From Oscillospiraceae bacterium (GTDB lineage Bacteria > Bacillota > Clostridia > Oscillospirales > JAAYXM01): DNA of 64,000 nucleotides. The notes beneath the pieces are model-generated. The model was given only the letters and a program-made list of their open reading frames with translations, was not told the origin of the DNA and did no database searches. How positions within the stretch are numbered: position 1 is the stretch's first letter; each line of letters begins with the position of its first letter. Location of the stretch: the NCBI GenBank assembly GCA_017421025.1, contig JAFQME010000024.1, positions 68,134 through 132,133 of the forward strand, in the 5' to 3' direction. The translations under genes were made by a program, and so were the position numbers. Below are positions 15,975 through 24,752 of the stretch, piece after piece.

Positions 15975-16727
15975 GTGTATACAGAGAGGGATGCAAAAAT
16001 TTCCCTTGCGCTTTGTATGAAGAGAAAAATGTTACGTCGGATTTATGTTTGGAGGACGGAACGGAAACTCTCAGAGCATACACGGGTGACCTATCAGATT
16101 TATGGTGTGGCAGAACTTCATGCCGAGAAACTCCACGCACTTGCCATGAAGTTTTTGCGGGAGTTTGCGGCACCGTTTGATACGGTGATGACCGTCCTGA
16201 AACAAACACGATTTGATTCAATGCCGAATGAGCAACTGCAGGCACGATTGAAACTTGAGAGCGCTGTCTTTGCGGAGAAAAATAAGTTTTCTGTTTTTTC
16301 CCACGGCGTGCGCAATGACATTCTTGATACCATCGGTCGCAATGTGAAAACATGGGGCGACTACGAACCTGTTTGGGACGGGATGCACTTGGAATTGTTT
16401 TCAAACGAGGTTCTGCCGGGCGATCCGACCGAGGCATTGGAGCGTTGGAACAAGAATCGTCCCAAACCTGTGTTTGAAATCATGACTGAGTTTCGCAGGT
16501 TTCCGAGAGACGGTTATCCTTATCAGTATTACACATCAAGCATTACAAAGTTTTGCATCAATGCGGGGTTCTGCGAGGGAAGTACGGATGCGGATGAGCA
16601 GGCATTTGAGAAGTGGCTTGCGAGTGTGTTTACCGAACTGGACATCAATGCGGAATGGTATGTGACCGGGAGCAAACCCGAAAGTGCCAGTGCGTTCTTC
16701 CCTTGGGATGATGCCGAAGCGTGGTGA
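15975..16727 (+). CDS. Paralog 2 of the three-member hypothetical family
   Basis: GTG start in junction 15957-15980. Has the conserved blocks YGVAELHAEKLHALAMKFLREFAAPFD, VWDGMHLELF and AEWYVTG. Confidence 0.7.
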   Translation: MYTERDAKISLALCMKRKMLRRIYVWRTERKLSEHTRVTYQIYGVAELHAEKLHALAMKFLREFAAPFDTVMTVLKQTRFDSMPNEQLQARLKLESAVFAEKNKFSVFSHGVRNDILDTIGRNVKTWGDYEPVWDGMHLELFSNEVLPGDPTEALERWNKNRPKPVFEIMTEFRRFPRDGYPYQYYTSSITKFCINAGFCEGSTDADEQAFEKWLASVFTELDINAEWYVTGSKPESASAFFPWDDAEAW

Positions 16728-16752
16728 AAGATGGAGTTTGGAGTGAGGAATT

Positions 16753-17490
16753 GTGTATCCGAAGTGGCTTACGAAGTTGGATCTTTTGTGGTATGGGCAG
16801 AACTATTTGATGCAACCGATTTTTGTTTGGAGAAGTAAAAAACGGCTTTCGCCGCATACAAAGGCGACTTATCGGGTTTTCGGAGTGGCAGAACTTCATG
16901 TGGAGGAGTTTCATGCGCTTTCCATGAAGTTTTTGCGGGAGTTTGCGACATCGTTTGATGTGGTGATGACAGTTCGTCACAAGTCGCTTCTTGATACTGT
17001 AAAGATGAATCCGTTTTTGAAACGACCGAAACCCGAATGTGCCATGATCGTGGATGAAAAAAACATTGCGGTATTGACTCGTTCTGCGCACCAAGAGGTT
17101 TTGAATCGGCTTGGACGAGATGTAAAAGCATGGAAGAAGAATCAATGGGTGTGGGACGGAATGAAGGTGGAATTTTTTTCGCCTGGAGACTTGCCGGATG
17201 ACCCGAATGAGGCGCTTGCATGGTGGAATGAGCATCGACCGCAACCTGCATTTGAACTGAAAATCGAGTTTCGGGAGTTTTCGTCGCATGGCAAACACTA
17301 TATCCGAAATGCTACCACTTTTTGTATCTCTGCCGCACTTCCGCAAGGAAGTACGGATGCGGATGAGCAGGCATTTGAGAAGTGGCTTGCGAGTGTGTTT
17401 GCCGAACTGGACTTGGATGCGGAATGGTATGTGACCGGAACAGAGCCTGATTGTACGGAGCTGTTCTTTGGTTGGGGGAAAATTGGCTGA
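16753..17490 (+). CDS. Paralog 3 of the three-member hypothetical family
   Basis: GTG start in junction 16735-16758. A 54-nt block (17347-17400) is identical to 16578-16631 of paralog 2. Confidence 0.7.
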   Translation: MYPKWLTKLDLLWYGQNYLMQPIFVWRSKKRLSPHTKATYRVFGVAELHVEEFHALSMKFLREFATSFDVVMTVRHKSLLDTVKMNPFLKRPKPECAMIVDEKNIAVLTRSAHQEVLNRLGRDVKAWKKNQWVWDGMKVEFFSPGDLPDDPNEALAWWNEHRPQPAFELKIEFREFSSHGKHYIRNATTFCISAALPQGSTDADEQAFEKWLASVFAELDLDAEWYVTGTEPDCTELFFGWGKIG

Positions 17491-17528
17491 TTGAGATGAG
17501 GTTGGAGTGAGGGAAGTGTGCAAGTGCG

Positions 17529-17557
17529 TTGACTTTTTTCGGCATTTTTGGTATACT
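17529..17557 (+). promoter_or_regulatory. Sigma-70-type promoter (TTGACT-17-TATACT) for the lipoprotein/YitT cassette
   Basis: TTGACT 17529-17534, 17-nt spacer, TATACT 17552-17557. Confidence 0.55.
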
Positions 17558-17592
17558 GGATGACGCAAAAAAAGAGAAGGAAGTGCTTTGGA

Positions 17593-17898
17593 ATGAAACG
17601 GTTACTGGCTTGTGTGTTGCTCCTGGTGTTTCTTGTTTCCGGCTGTGCTTCGGTGGAGTCGAAGCTGGTTGGAAAATGGGAGCGTGAGGGAGACAAGTTG
17701 ATTTTAAATGAGGACTATACCGGAGATCTTTCCGGGACTTCGATTACTTGGATGTACACCAACGAGGAATTGCAGATGATTTACGACGACGGCATGAACG
17801 TTGCGTTTGATGTGGAATTTGAGGGTCGGGATCGGCTGATTCTCACATCGGCGGGAGAGTATGGCATGACAGCGGAATTTTCCCGTGTGGAGGACTAA
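17593..17898 (+). CDS. Small lipoprotein (lipocalin-like/DUF-type)
   Basis: MKRLLACVLLLVFLVSGC is a lipobox signal. Start 17593 is preferred over 17548. Confidence 0.7.
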   Translation: MKRLLACVLLLVFLVSGCASVESKLVGKWEREGDKLILNEDYTGDLSGTSITWMYTNEELQMIYDDGMNVAFDVEFEGRDRLILTSAGEYGMTAEFSRVED

Positions 17899-18735
17899 AT
17901 GAAACAGACGAAAACCATTTTGATGACCTTGTTTGGCACCATGATGACAGGGTTTGCCATCGGTGCGTTTCTCACTCCGAATAAAGTGGTTGGTGGCGGT
18001 GCTTCCGGTATTTCCACCATTTTGTTCCACACCTTTGGCATTTCTCCGGGTATCAGTTTCTTTGTGATCAACCTGGTCTTTTTGCTTTTGGGGCTGCGTG
18101 TTTTGGGCAAGGAATTCATTGTCAAAACCCTGATCGGAATCACGCTGCTGTCGGCCTTTACCGAGGTGTTCAACTTAATCCCGATCTACACCGAGAATTT
18201 ATTTCTTGCGGTGATTTTCGGGGGCGGGCTTTACGGGCTTGGCATCGGCATGAGTTTTGCAGCCGGCGCATCCACCGGCGGCACCGACATCATTGGCCGC
18301 ATCATTCAGACCAAGTTCTCGCATGTCCCGATCGGGAAGATGCTGCTGTTTGTGGATGGGGTGATTATTTTGGTGTCCCTCATCGTGTTCCGTAATCTGG
18401 AACTCACGTTGTATGGCATCATCACTCTGCTGATCTCGAGCTTCTCGATTGATTTCATCATCGGGAAATTCAACGTGTCCCGCCTGGTGTTTGTCATCAC
18501 CGATTACGGGACCGAGATTGCGCATCGTTTGGTGTCCACCTCGCCTCGTGGGGTCACGTTGATTCCGGTTCACGGGGTGTATTCGGACAGCGAAAAACAG
18601 ATGCTGTTTTGTGCACTCAAGGAGAGTGAAGTTGCCGCATTCCAAAAGAAGATTTTGGAGCTGGACCCGGGCGCATTCATCGTGTTTGCCGAAAGCCAGC
18701 GCATCAAAGGCAACGGGTTTTATCTGTATCAATAG
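17899..18735 (+). CDS. YitT-family membrane protein (DUF161 + DUF2179)
   Basis: N-terminus FGTMMTGFAIGAFLTPNKVVGGGASGISTIL and multi-TM topology are typical of the YitT family. The C-terminal soluble domain ends ...RIKGNGFY. Confidence 0.8.
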   Translation: MKQTKTILMTLFGTMMTGFAIGAFLTPNKVVGGGASGISTILFHTFGISPGISFFVINLVFLLLGLRVLGKEFIVKTLIGITLLSAFTEVFNLIPIYTENLFLAVIFGGGLYGLGIGMSFAAGASTGGTDIIGRIIQTKFSHVPIGKMLLFVDGVIILVSLIVFRNLELTLYGIITLLISSFSIDFIIGKFNVSRLVFVITDYGTEIAHRLVSTSPRGVTLIPVHGVYSDSEKQMLFCALKESEVAAFQKKILELDPGAFIVFAESQRIKGNGFYLYQ

Positions 18736-18736
18736 C

Positions 18737-18761
18737 AAACCGCCCGTACAGGGCGGTTTTT
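18737..18761 (+). terminator. Rho-independent terminator after the yitT-like gene
   Basis: AAACCGCCC-GTACA-GGGCGGTTT followed by a T-run. Confidence 0.75.
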
Positions 18762-18802
18762 CCAAAACAGACATACGAACAAATGTTTTAAGGAGAGAGG
18801 AA

Positions 18803-19999
18803 ATGAAGTGTTATTTACCGGACATTGTCGGTGGCGGGTACCGTGAGTTTTGGAATTTTCGTGGGAGGTATCGGGTGGTCAAAGGGAGCCGTGCGTCCAA
18901 AAAATCCAAGACCGCTGCGTTGTGGTATATCGTACATCTGATGAAATACAGCGATGCGAATCTGCTTGTGGTACGAAAGACCGAACGAAGTCTTCGGGAT
19001 TCTTGTTTTGCGGATTTGATCTGGGCGATGGAGCGACTCGGGGTACGGGATCAATTCCATTGCACCACCGCACCGCTTTCCATTGTCTACAAGCCAACCG
19101 GGCAGCAGGTGCTGTTTCGTGGGGTGATGGAGAGTCTCAGACTCACCTCGATTGCGGTGAGTCGGGGGAGTTTGTGTTGGCTGTGGGTAGAGGAGGCATA
19201 TGAAATCGGAGACGAAGCCGAGTTTCAGACGCTGGATGAGTCTATCCGTGGCGATGGCGTGTTCAAACAAATCACGCTGACCTTCAACCCATGGAGCGAG
19301 ACCCATTGGCTGAAATCCCGCTTTTTCGATACATCGGACCCCGAAGTGCTTGCCATGACCGTGAATTACACCCAAAACGAGTGGCTGGATGAGAGTGACC
19401 GTGCCATGTTCGAACGGATGCGGGAACGGGATCCTCGCCGTTACCGTGTGGCGGGGCTTGGTGAGTGGGGGATTTGCGACGGGCTGGTGTATACCGATTG
19501 GGAGGAGTGCGACTTTGACGTGGATGCACTTCGCAGCAGCACCCGTGCGATTTTTGGGCTGGATTTTGGATACACCACCGACCCTGCCGCTTTGGTTTGT
19601 GCCCTGGCTGATGAGGGAGCTCGCACACTGTATATTTTCGATGAGCTTTATGCCAAGGGGCTGACCAACCGTGTGTTGGCGGAGCGAATCACATCACTTG
19701 GCTATGCAAAGGAACGTATCGTTGCGGATTCCGCTGAGCCGAAAAGCATTGCAGAGTTGAGAGAGTGGGGGATTACTCGGGTCACCCCGGCACGCAAAGG
19801 TGCGGATTCGGTGCGGAATGGGGTGCGTTATCTGCAGGATTGGCACATCTGCATCCACCCCCGTTGTACCGCATTTTTGGGCGAGATCTCACGCTTTGCA
19901 GAGACCCCGGACGGGACAAGCGGCGACGATCATCTCATGGACGCCCTGCGATATGCGGCAGAGGATCTCCGCCGAGGGGAGCTGTTTAGTTTTGAATGA
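18803..19999 (+). CDS. terL: Terminase large subunit (PBSX XtmB-like)
   Basis: AAGGAGAGAGG RBS before ATG 18803. Has the ATPase-like WVEEAYE (Walker B) and the C-terminal nuclease region GLDFGY...DHLMDALRY. The 18611 extension overlaps yitT and the terminator, so it is rejected. Confidence 0.85.
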   Translation: MKCYLPDIVGGGYREFWNFRGRYRVVKGSRASKKSKTAALWYIVHLMKYSDANLLVVRKTERSLRDSCFADLIWAMERLGVRDQFHCTTAPLSIVYKPTGQQVLFRGVMESLRLTSIAVSRGSLCWLWVEEAYEIGDEAEFQTLDESIRGDGVFKQITLTFNPWSETHWLKSRFFDTSDPEVLAMTVNYTQNEWLDESDRAMFERMRERDPRRYRVAGLGEWGICDGLVYTDWEECDFDVDALRSSTRAIFGLDFGYTTDPAALVCALADEGARTLYIFDELYAKGLTNRVLAERITSLGYAKERIVADSAEPKSIAELREWGITRVTPARKGADSVRNGVRYLQDWHICIHPRCTAFLGEISRFAETPDGTSGDDHLMDALRYAAEDLRRGELFSFE

Positions 20000-20010
20000 G
20001 GGCGAAATTC

Positions 20011-20039
20011 TTGACATTTGTCGAGGTTTGTAGTAAAAT
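20011..20039 (+). promoter_or_regulatory. Sigma-70-type promoter (TTGACA-17-TAAAAT) of a moron cassette
   Basis: TTGACA 20011-20016, 17-nt spacer, TAAAAT 20034-20039. It lies directly after the terL stop. Confidence 0.6.
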
Positions 20040-20079
20040 GTAGCAGATACATACACAAAAGATGGAAAGGGGAATTCTT

Positions 20080-20370
20080 ATGAAAAAAATCATCTTGATT
20101 GCTGTTGCAGCAGTGTTGTTAATTGCATTGCTGGTACCGTATGTGCCGTACTATTTCCATGGTTGCGACAGCTGCGACAAGTTCTTTGTCGGACCGGGCT
20201 ATGAAGCAAATGTGGTTGTAGACTTGTTCTCTAAGGGCGAACAGTTGGTTTGTCGTGAGTGTGCAGAGTCGCAGCATGTGGTTGGGACTACTTTCGGCAA
20301 GGATATTGCTGAATACCGCCGTTCCGCAATCGTTGATCCGATCACCGCATATGGTTTGCTCTTCAAGTAA
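20080..20370 (+). CDS. Small membrane-anchored zinc-ribbon protein (hypothetical)
   Basis: N-terminal TM MKKIILIAVAAVLLIALLV, then CDSC...CREC. Start 20080 is preferred over 20062. Confidence 0.6.
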   Translation: MKKIILIAVAAVLLIALLVPYVPYYFHGCDSCDKFFVGPGYEANVVVDLFSKGEQLVCRECAESQHVVGTTFGKDIAEYRRSAIVDPITAYGLLFK

Positions 20371-20390
20371 GTTTTTAGGAGGGTTTTAAA

Positions 20391-20840
20391 ATGAAAAGAA
20401 CAGTTGCATTTCTTTGCGCAGTTGTAATGCTGGTGACGATGTTTGCCGGCTGCACCACAAAAAAAGGTGAGATTGAAACGTTGTTTACAAACTATCAGGC
20501 AGCGTGCAATGCATTGGATTTGAATGCTATGATGGCTTGTGTTACCCCGACTGTCACCAATCCGCTCAAGACAGCGGCAGGTATTGTCGGTAAGTTGACT
20601 GCCAATGATACAGATGCAATGTTTGACAAAATTGGCGCTTTGATTATGAACGAAACAAAAGTCAGCCGCAAAGAATATTTCCAAACCCTTAGTTTCAAGG
20701 TTGGAACAATTACCATCGAAGAGGATGTAGCTACCGTTGAGGTGATTCGTACTTACACCGGAAATGGCGCAGAGTATACCGAGGAAGATACTTACGAATG
20801 CGTGTTTTATGCAGATCAATGGTATTTGAAACACTTTTAA
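20391..20840 (+). CDS. Lipoprotein (149 aa), function unknown
   Basis: Lipobox signal MKRTVAFLCAVVMLVTMFAGC. AGGAGGG RBS. Confidence 0.7.
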   Translation: MKRTVAFLCAVVMLVTMFAGCTTKKGEIETLFTNYQAACNALDLNAMMACVTPTVTNPLKTAAGIVGKLTANDTDAMFDKIGALIMNETKVSRKEYFQTLSFKVGTITIEEDVATVEVIRTYTGNGAEYTEEDTYECVFYADQWYLKHF

Positions 20841-20853
20841 ACACAAAGCAAAA

Positions 20854-20887
20854 CACCGGAATCCATCAGAGATTCCGGTGTTTTTTT
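20854..20887. terminator. Bidirectional terminator between convergent cargo genes
   Basis: CACCGGAATC-7 nt-GATTCCGGTG, flanked by an A-rich stretch and T7. Confidence 0.75.
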
Positions 20888-22736
20888 AGTATGTAATCAG
20901 GATTAGTTCATCTTTGGGATGGAGAGTCACAGGTGCTGCAGTGTCCGTTTCAGAAGATAAGAAAGAAATCTCTTGACAGTCTGAGCCTTCCGGCTTAATG
21001 CCAACACACATTTTTTTCTTTCCGGAAGCCAGAAAGAAAGATTGGATCAATTCGGACTTAGAAGAGAATGTCATTTCTTGAGCATTGAATTCCAACAAAT
21101 CTTCGGCACGGATAATATCAAAATCGATACTACCGGCATCACCTATTCCGTTTGTGAGTATGATATCACGGTAGAAACGGCGGGAACCCGGGTGGGTGAG
21201 CAGTTGCGCCATAAAGAGAGAGATGATTTTACTTGACACAATAACCGAGGCAACCCCTAGGTTTTGCATGGAAATTAAGTTTTTCGGGTTTACAATTTCA
21301 GCATAGATTGGAATGTGTGGATCCAGTTTTCCGCTGATTTTCAATGAGATCAGTGCAATGAAAACATCAGCGTCCTGGTCTGCTTGGTTTCCTCTCTCCG
21401 ATGACAGAAGCAGAATCTTTTTATTACCGGGAATCGCACGGATATGCTCTGCGAAAATGTCGATATTTTCAGAGTAGGAATGTACTTCAACCGTGATGCT
21501 TTTACCGAATAAACGGTTATAGGCATCGAGCTCCTCGGAAACAAAGCGGACTCGGTCGGAGTCAGAAAGAATGATGAGTGTGAAATTTTCTCGGATGATC
21601 CTTTCTCTATAGGGAATGGGTTTTGCAAATGAATGGGGTGTTTTTCGCTCTTCAATGGATTCGAAATCGTCTGCAAGGAAATACAGTTGATCTGCTGCGG
21701 TTTCGCCGTTTTCGTCGATTTCGCAGTCGTCATCATAATTGATAATCGGAATACAGTTATGGTAACGATAGAGCGCTTGCTCCAAATCCATGGTGGGAAG
21801 GCTATAGAATTCGCATCCTTTATAGGAAAGGATATGGTGGAACAATTGGGAATAAAGAGGGTTGATGACTGCTCTGCCAAGAATATGACCGATGACTGAG
21901 TTGTGCGCAAAGACCGAAACACGATTTAACAAGGACGGATCTGTTTTGTGGAGAAAATGTTCGATTCGTTTTTCTGTGCTTTCATTTTCTACTTCAACTG
22001 CAATATTAGCACGGGATCCCATATTGCGAATTGCCATCAATACCTTAAAAGAGGATAAATCGGCATCTGAGATGAGAATTCCGTCATCTTCTGTGACGCT
22101 CTCATCGGAAAGAAGAACACCGATATACTTTGCATTATCGATGGAAACATCTTTCAAATGTTTGGATGAATTTGGAGTGCCATATTTGATAAACAATTCC
22201 ATATTCCGGATACTACGTTGGTTCTCGGTGAAGATGTTTTCAATGGAAGTCATAACTTCGTGGCGGTTCTTCTCGCAGAGAATGACAATTGTCTTTTTCT
22301 CCTCCTGAAATGACAGGTCATAAATAATGTTTGGACCAATGGCAGACCAGTTTAAAAAAACATAATGATCTCGTAATTTCAGTTTTCCAACATTTTCAAC
22401 ACGTTTGTTGATCGTAGATTGCAGAATGTCTGTGGTGAAACCGATGAGCGCACCCGAGAAGATTACCATTTGCACCACAGTGAGCACAATTTTGATGACA
22501 AAACAGGTGACATCTTCTTGTTGATTCACAAAGTCATAGATGCCGTCTGAACACATGGTATAGGTGAATAGATAGGAAAGCTCCTCGAAAAACGGATTTT
22601 TAGAGATGATTGAGAGTAATGCAGTGAAAAACAGGATGACAACGAGATTGATTGCAACCAATAGAAGGGCGATTGCTGCACGAGGATGGGTATACCAAAA
22701 TAGATAAAGCCCACCTGATTTTCTTTCTTTTTTCAT
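20886..22736 (-). CDS. Membrane protein with 2-TM pore-like N-terminus and tandem RCK/TrkA-like domains (CASTOR/POLLUX-type putative ion channel)
   Basis: 616 aa. TM segments AAIALLLVAINLVVILFFTALL and CFVIKIVLTVVQMVIFSGALIGF flank LFTYTMCSDGIYDF. RCK-like starts at HYVFLNWSAIGPNIIYDL and FTLIILSDSDRV. It lies antisense to the phage late genes. Confidence 0.6.
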   Translation of the reverse strand: MKKERKSGGLYLFWYTHPRAAIALLLVAINLVVILFFTALLSIISKNPFFEELSYLFTYTMCSDGIYDFVNQQEDVTCFVIKIVLTVVQMVIFSGALIGFTTDILQSTINKRVENVGKLKLRDHYVFLNWSAIGPNIIYDLSFQEEKKTIVILCEKNRHEVMTSIENIFTENQRSIRNMELFIKYGTPNSSKHLKDVSIDNAKYIGVLLSDESVTEDDGILISDADLSSFKVLMAIRNMGSRANIAVEVENESTEKRIEHFLHKTDPSLLNRVSVFAHNSVIGHILGRAVINPLYSQLFHHILSYKGCEFYSLPTMDLEQALYRYHNCIPIINYDDDCEIDENGETAADQLYFLADDFESIEERKTPHSFAKPIPYRERIIRENFTLIILSDSDRVRFVSEELDAYNRLFGKSITVEVHSYSENIDIFAEHIRAIPGNKKILLLSSERGNQADQDADVFIALISLKISGKLDPHIPIYAEIVNPKNLISMQNLGVASVIVSSKIISLFMAQLLTHPGSRRFYRDIILTNGIGDAGSIDFDIIRAEDLLEFNAQEMTFSSKSELIQSFFLASGKKKMCVGIKPEGSDCQEISFLSSETDTAAPVTLHPKDELILITY

Positions 22737-22857
22737 TATATTCTCCCCAAAACATAAAGATATATAAAGTATATCATAAATCCGACAAGTTTAGCAAGGA
22801 AAAGAATTTTGGCGAAATTTGTTTTGAGAGAACGGGATGTGAACACGTTCAAACAGA

Positions 22858-22894
22858 GAAACCCTTTGATTTACAAGGGGTTTCTTGTTTTTTT
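22858..22894 (+). terminator. Plus-strand intrinsic terminator-like hairpin just upstream of the portal gene
   Basis: GAAACCCTTTG-ATTTA-CAAGGGGTTTC (one G-U pair) followed by TTGTTTTTTT. Confidence 0.45.
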
Positions 22895-23052
22895 GTTTGA
22901 GGGAAGAGGACATTTACTGTCCTCTATGGGGTGTGGTATCATGGATATGCAAACGAAAGTTCGGGATATGGAGAAAGAGAAGCTGTGGGGATCCACGCAG
23001 TTTTTTTTACTTTGGTATTCGAACGGATGTTTGCGAGAAAGGAGGTGAAAGC

Positions 23053-24381
23053 ATGGCTTCGGATCGAAAGTTTTTGGAGTCGGAGCTCATGCGGTTTCGA
23101 GGGTCGAAGAAACGTGGAGAGATGCTGCTGGGCGTGCGTTATCACCGTGGCGACCATGACATTCTTTACCGCCGCCGCACGAGCATGGGGAAATCCGGTG
23201 AGGTGATGGAGTTAAAACATCTCCCGAATTCCCGGTTGGTTGACAACCAGTATGCCCGTGCAGTGGAGCAGAAAGCAGACTATCTGCTTTCCAAGCCCAT
23301 CGCATTTGAATGTGACGCCGAGGAGTATCGCACACACTTACGCCGCTTTTTCAACCGAGGATTTTTGCGACTGCTCAAGAGCGTTGCAAAAGACGCACTC
23401 AACTGTGGCATTGCATGGCTCCATCCGCACTACACCGAGAGCGGGGAGTTTACCGTGCGAAAATTTTCGGGTCATGAGATCCTGCCGTTTTGGAAAGACC
23501 GTGCCCATACCGAGTTGGACTGTGCGCTGCGTTTGTATGAGCGTGAGGAGTTCGACGGGAAAGAGACCTTACGTGTGGAATACGCCGAGCTGTATGACCG
23601 CTTCGGCATCACGTTTTTCAAAGTGGAGCGTGAGGGACTGGAATTTTTGCGGTTTGCACCGTACATGGTGCGTGACGGAGAGAGCCTTGCATGGGAGCGG
23701 GTGCCGTTGGTGCCGTTTCGTGCAAATGAGGAGGAGATTCCGCTGATTCGTCGGGTCAAGAGTTTGCAGGATGCGCTGAACATCGCATGGTCGGACTGGG
23801 CAAACGGAATGCAATCCTCTCCGTACAACGAGATTTTGGTGCTGAAGAATTATGACGGCACCGACCTCTCCGAATTCCGCAAGAACCTTGCTGCATACGG
23901 CGCTGTGAAAGTGCGCACGGTGGACGGCACAGACGGCGGACTTGAGCGCATGGAGGTCAAAGTGGATGCGGAAGGGTATCAGACCGTGATTCGGGAACTC
24001 AAGCGTGCAATCTTGGAGAATGCGATGGGATACGATGCCAAGGATGTCCGCACCGGCAGCAACCCGAATCAGATGAATCTGCGCTCGATGTACACCGACA
24101 TGGACTTGGATGCCAACAGCATGGAATGTGAATTCCAGGAATCCCTTGCCATACTTCTTGGCTTTTTCGCCGCACATCTTGCCATCTCGGGTGTGGGAGA
24201 TTTCACACACGAGCGAGTCAAGCTGGTCTTTAATCGAGATATGCTGGTAAACGAAGGTGAGATTTTGTCCGGGCTGGTGAATGCAGGGGTGACACTTTCC
24301 AACCGCACATTGGTCGGACAGGTCCCGTTTGTGGACGATGTGGCGGAAGAACTCATGCGAATCAAGGAGGAAACAACATGA
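23053..24381 (+). CDS. Portal protein (SPP1 gp6 / XkdE-like)
   Basis: GGAGGTGA RBS before ATG 23053. 442 aa, in the position after terL. The N-terminus pattern LGVRYHRGDHDIL and overall size are typical of this portal family. Confidence 0.8.
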   Translation: MASDRKFLESELMRFRGSKKRGEMLLGVRYHRGDHDILYRRRTSMGKSGEVMELKHLPNSRLVDNQYARAVEQKADYLLSKPIAFECDAEEYRTHLRRFFNRGFLRLLKSVAKDALNCGIAWLHPHYTESGEFTVRKFSGHEILPFWKDRAHTELDCALRLYEREEFDGKETLRVEYAELYDRFGITFFKVEREGLEFLRFAPYMVRDGESLAWERVPLVPFRANEEEIPLIRRVKSLQDALNIAWSDWANGMQSSPYNEILVLKNYDGTDLSEFRKNLAAYGAVKVRTVDGTDGGLERMEVKVDAEGYQTVIRELKRAILENAMGYDAKDVRTGSNPNQMNLRSMYTDMDLDANSMECEFQESLAILLGFFAAHLAISGVGDFTHERVKLVFNRDMLVNEGEILSGLVNAGVTLSNRTLVGQVPFVDDVAEELMRIKEETT

Positions 24382-24740
24382 CACGAGAAGAACTCATGAC
24401 CCTCGGAGTCCCCGAGGAGGCGGCGGACAAGATCATCTCACGCCGCAACGTTGAGGAGGCACTCAAGGCGGCCGGCGTCCGCAGTTTGAAACTCGCACTT
24501 CCGCTGATTGATGAGGCGGGGGATTTGGATGCACAAATCAAGGCACTTTCCGAGGATGCGGAGACCGCAATTCTGTTTGAAAGCGCACCGGTGCGAGGTG
24601 TGAGTCCGGGCGAGAGCGCAGATGAAGCGCTAGGGCTGGACCGTGAGACCTTCGAGGCGAGAAAACACGATCCCAACTGGATCAACCGAAACTGGGCACA
24701 GGTAGCAGACGCTCTGGAACATGGGCGTATCACAAATTAA
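24378..24740 (+). CDS. Scaffolding protein (XkdF/GP20-like)
   Basis: 120 aa, acidic and helical. ATGA overlap with portal, directly upstream of the capsid gene. Confidence 0.6.
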   Translation: MTREELMTLGVPEEAADKIISRRNVEEALKAAGVRSLKLALPLIDEAGDLDAQIKALSEDAETAILFESAPVRGVSPGESADEALGLDRETFEARKHDPNWINRNWAQVADALEHGRITN

Positions 24741-24752
24741 GGAGGAATTTTT

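Noticed and set aside
18611-18802. Longer terL ORF starting at 18611
   Set aside because: The extension overlaps the 3' end of the yitT-like gene and its terminator. ATG 18803 has a strong RBS, and the terminase homology begins there.
22848-22859. TGAAC-AC-GTTCA inverted repeat as a LexA (Cheo) box near the portal gene
   Set aside because: The Firmicute LexA consensus is GAAC-N4-GTTC. The spacing here is N2, so it is not a credible SOS box.
22809-23052. N-terminal extension of the portal ORF (start 22885) and the 79-aa ORF at 22809
   Set aside because: The extension crosses a terminator hairpin and lacks an RBS. The portal homology and a GGAGGTGA RBS begin at 23053.
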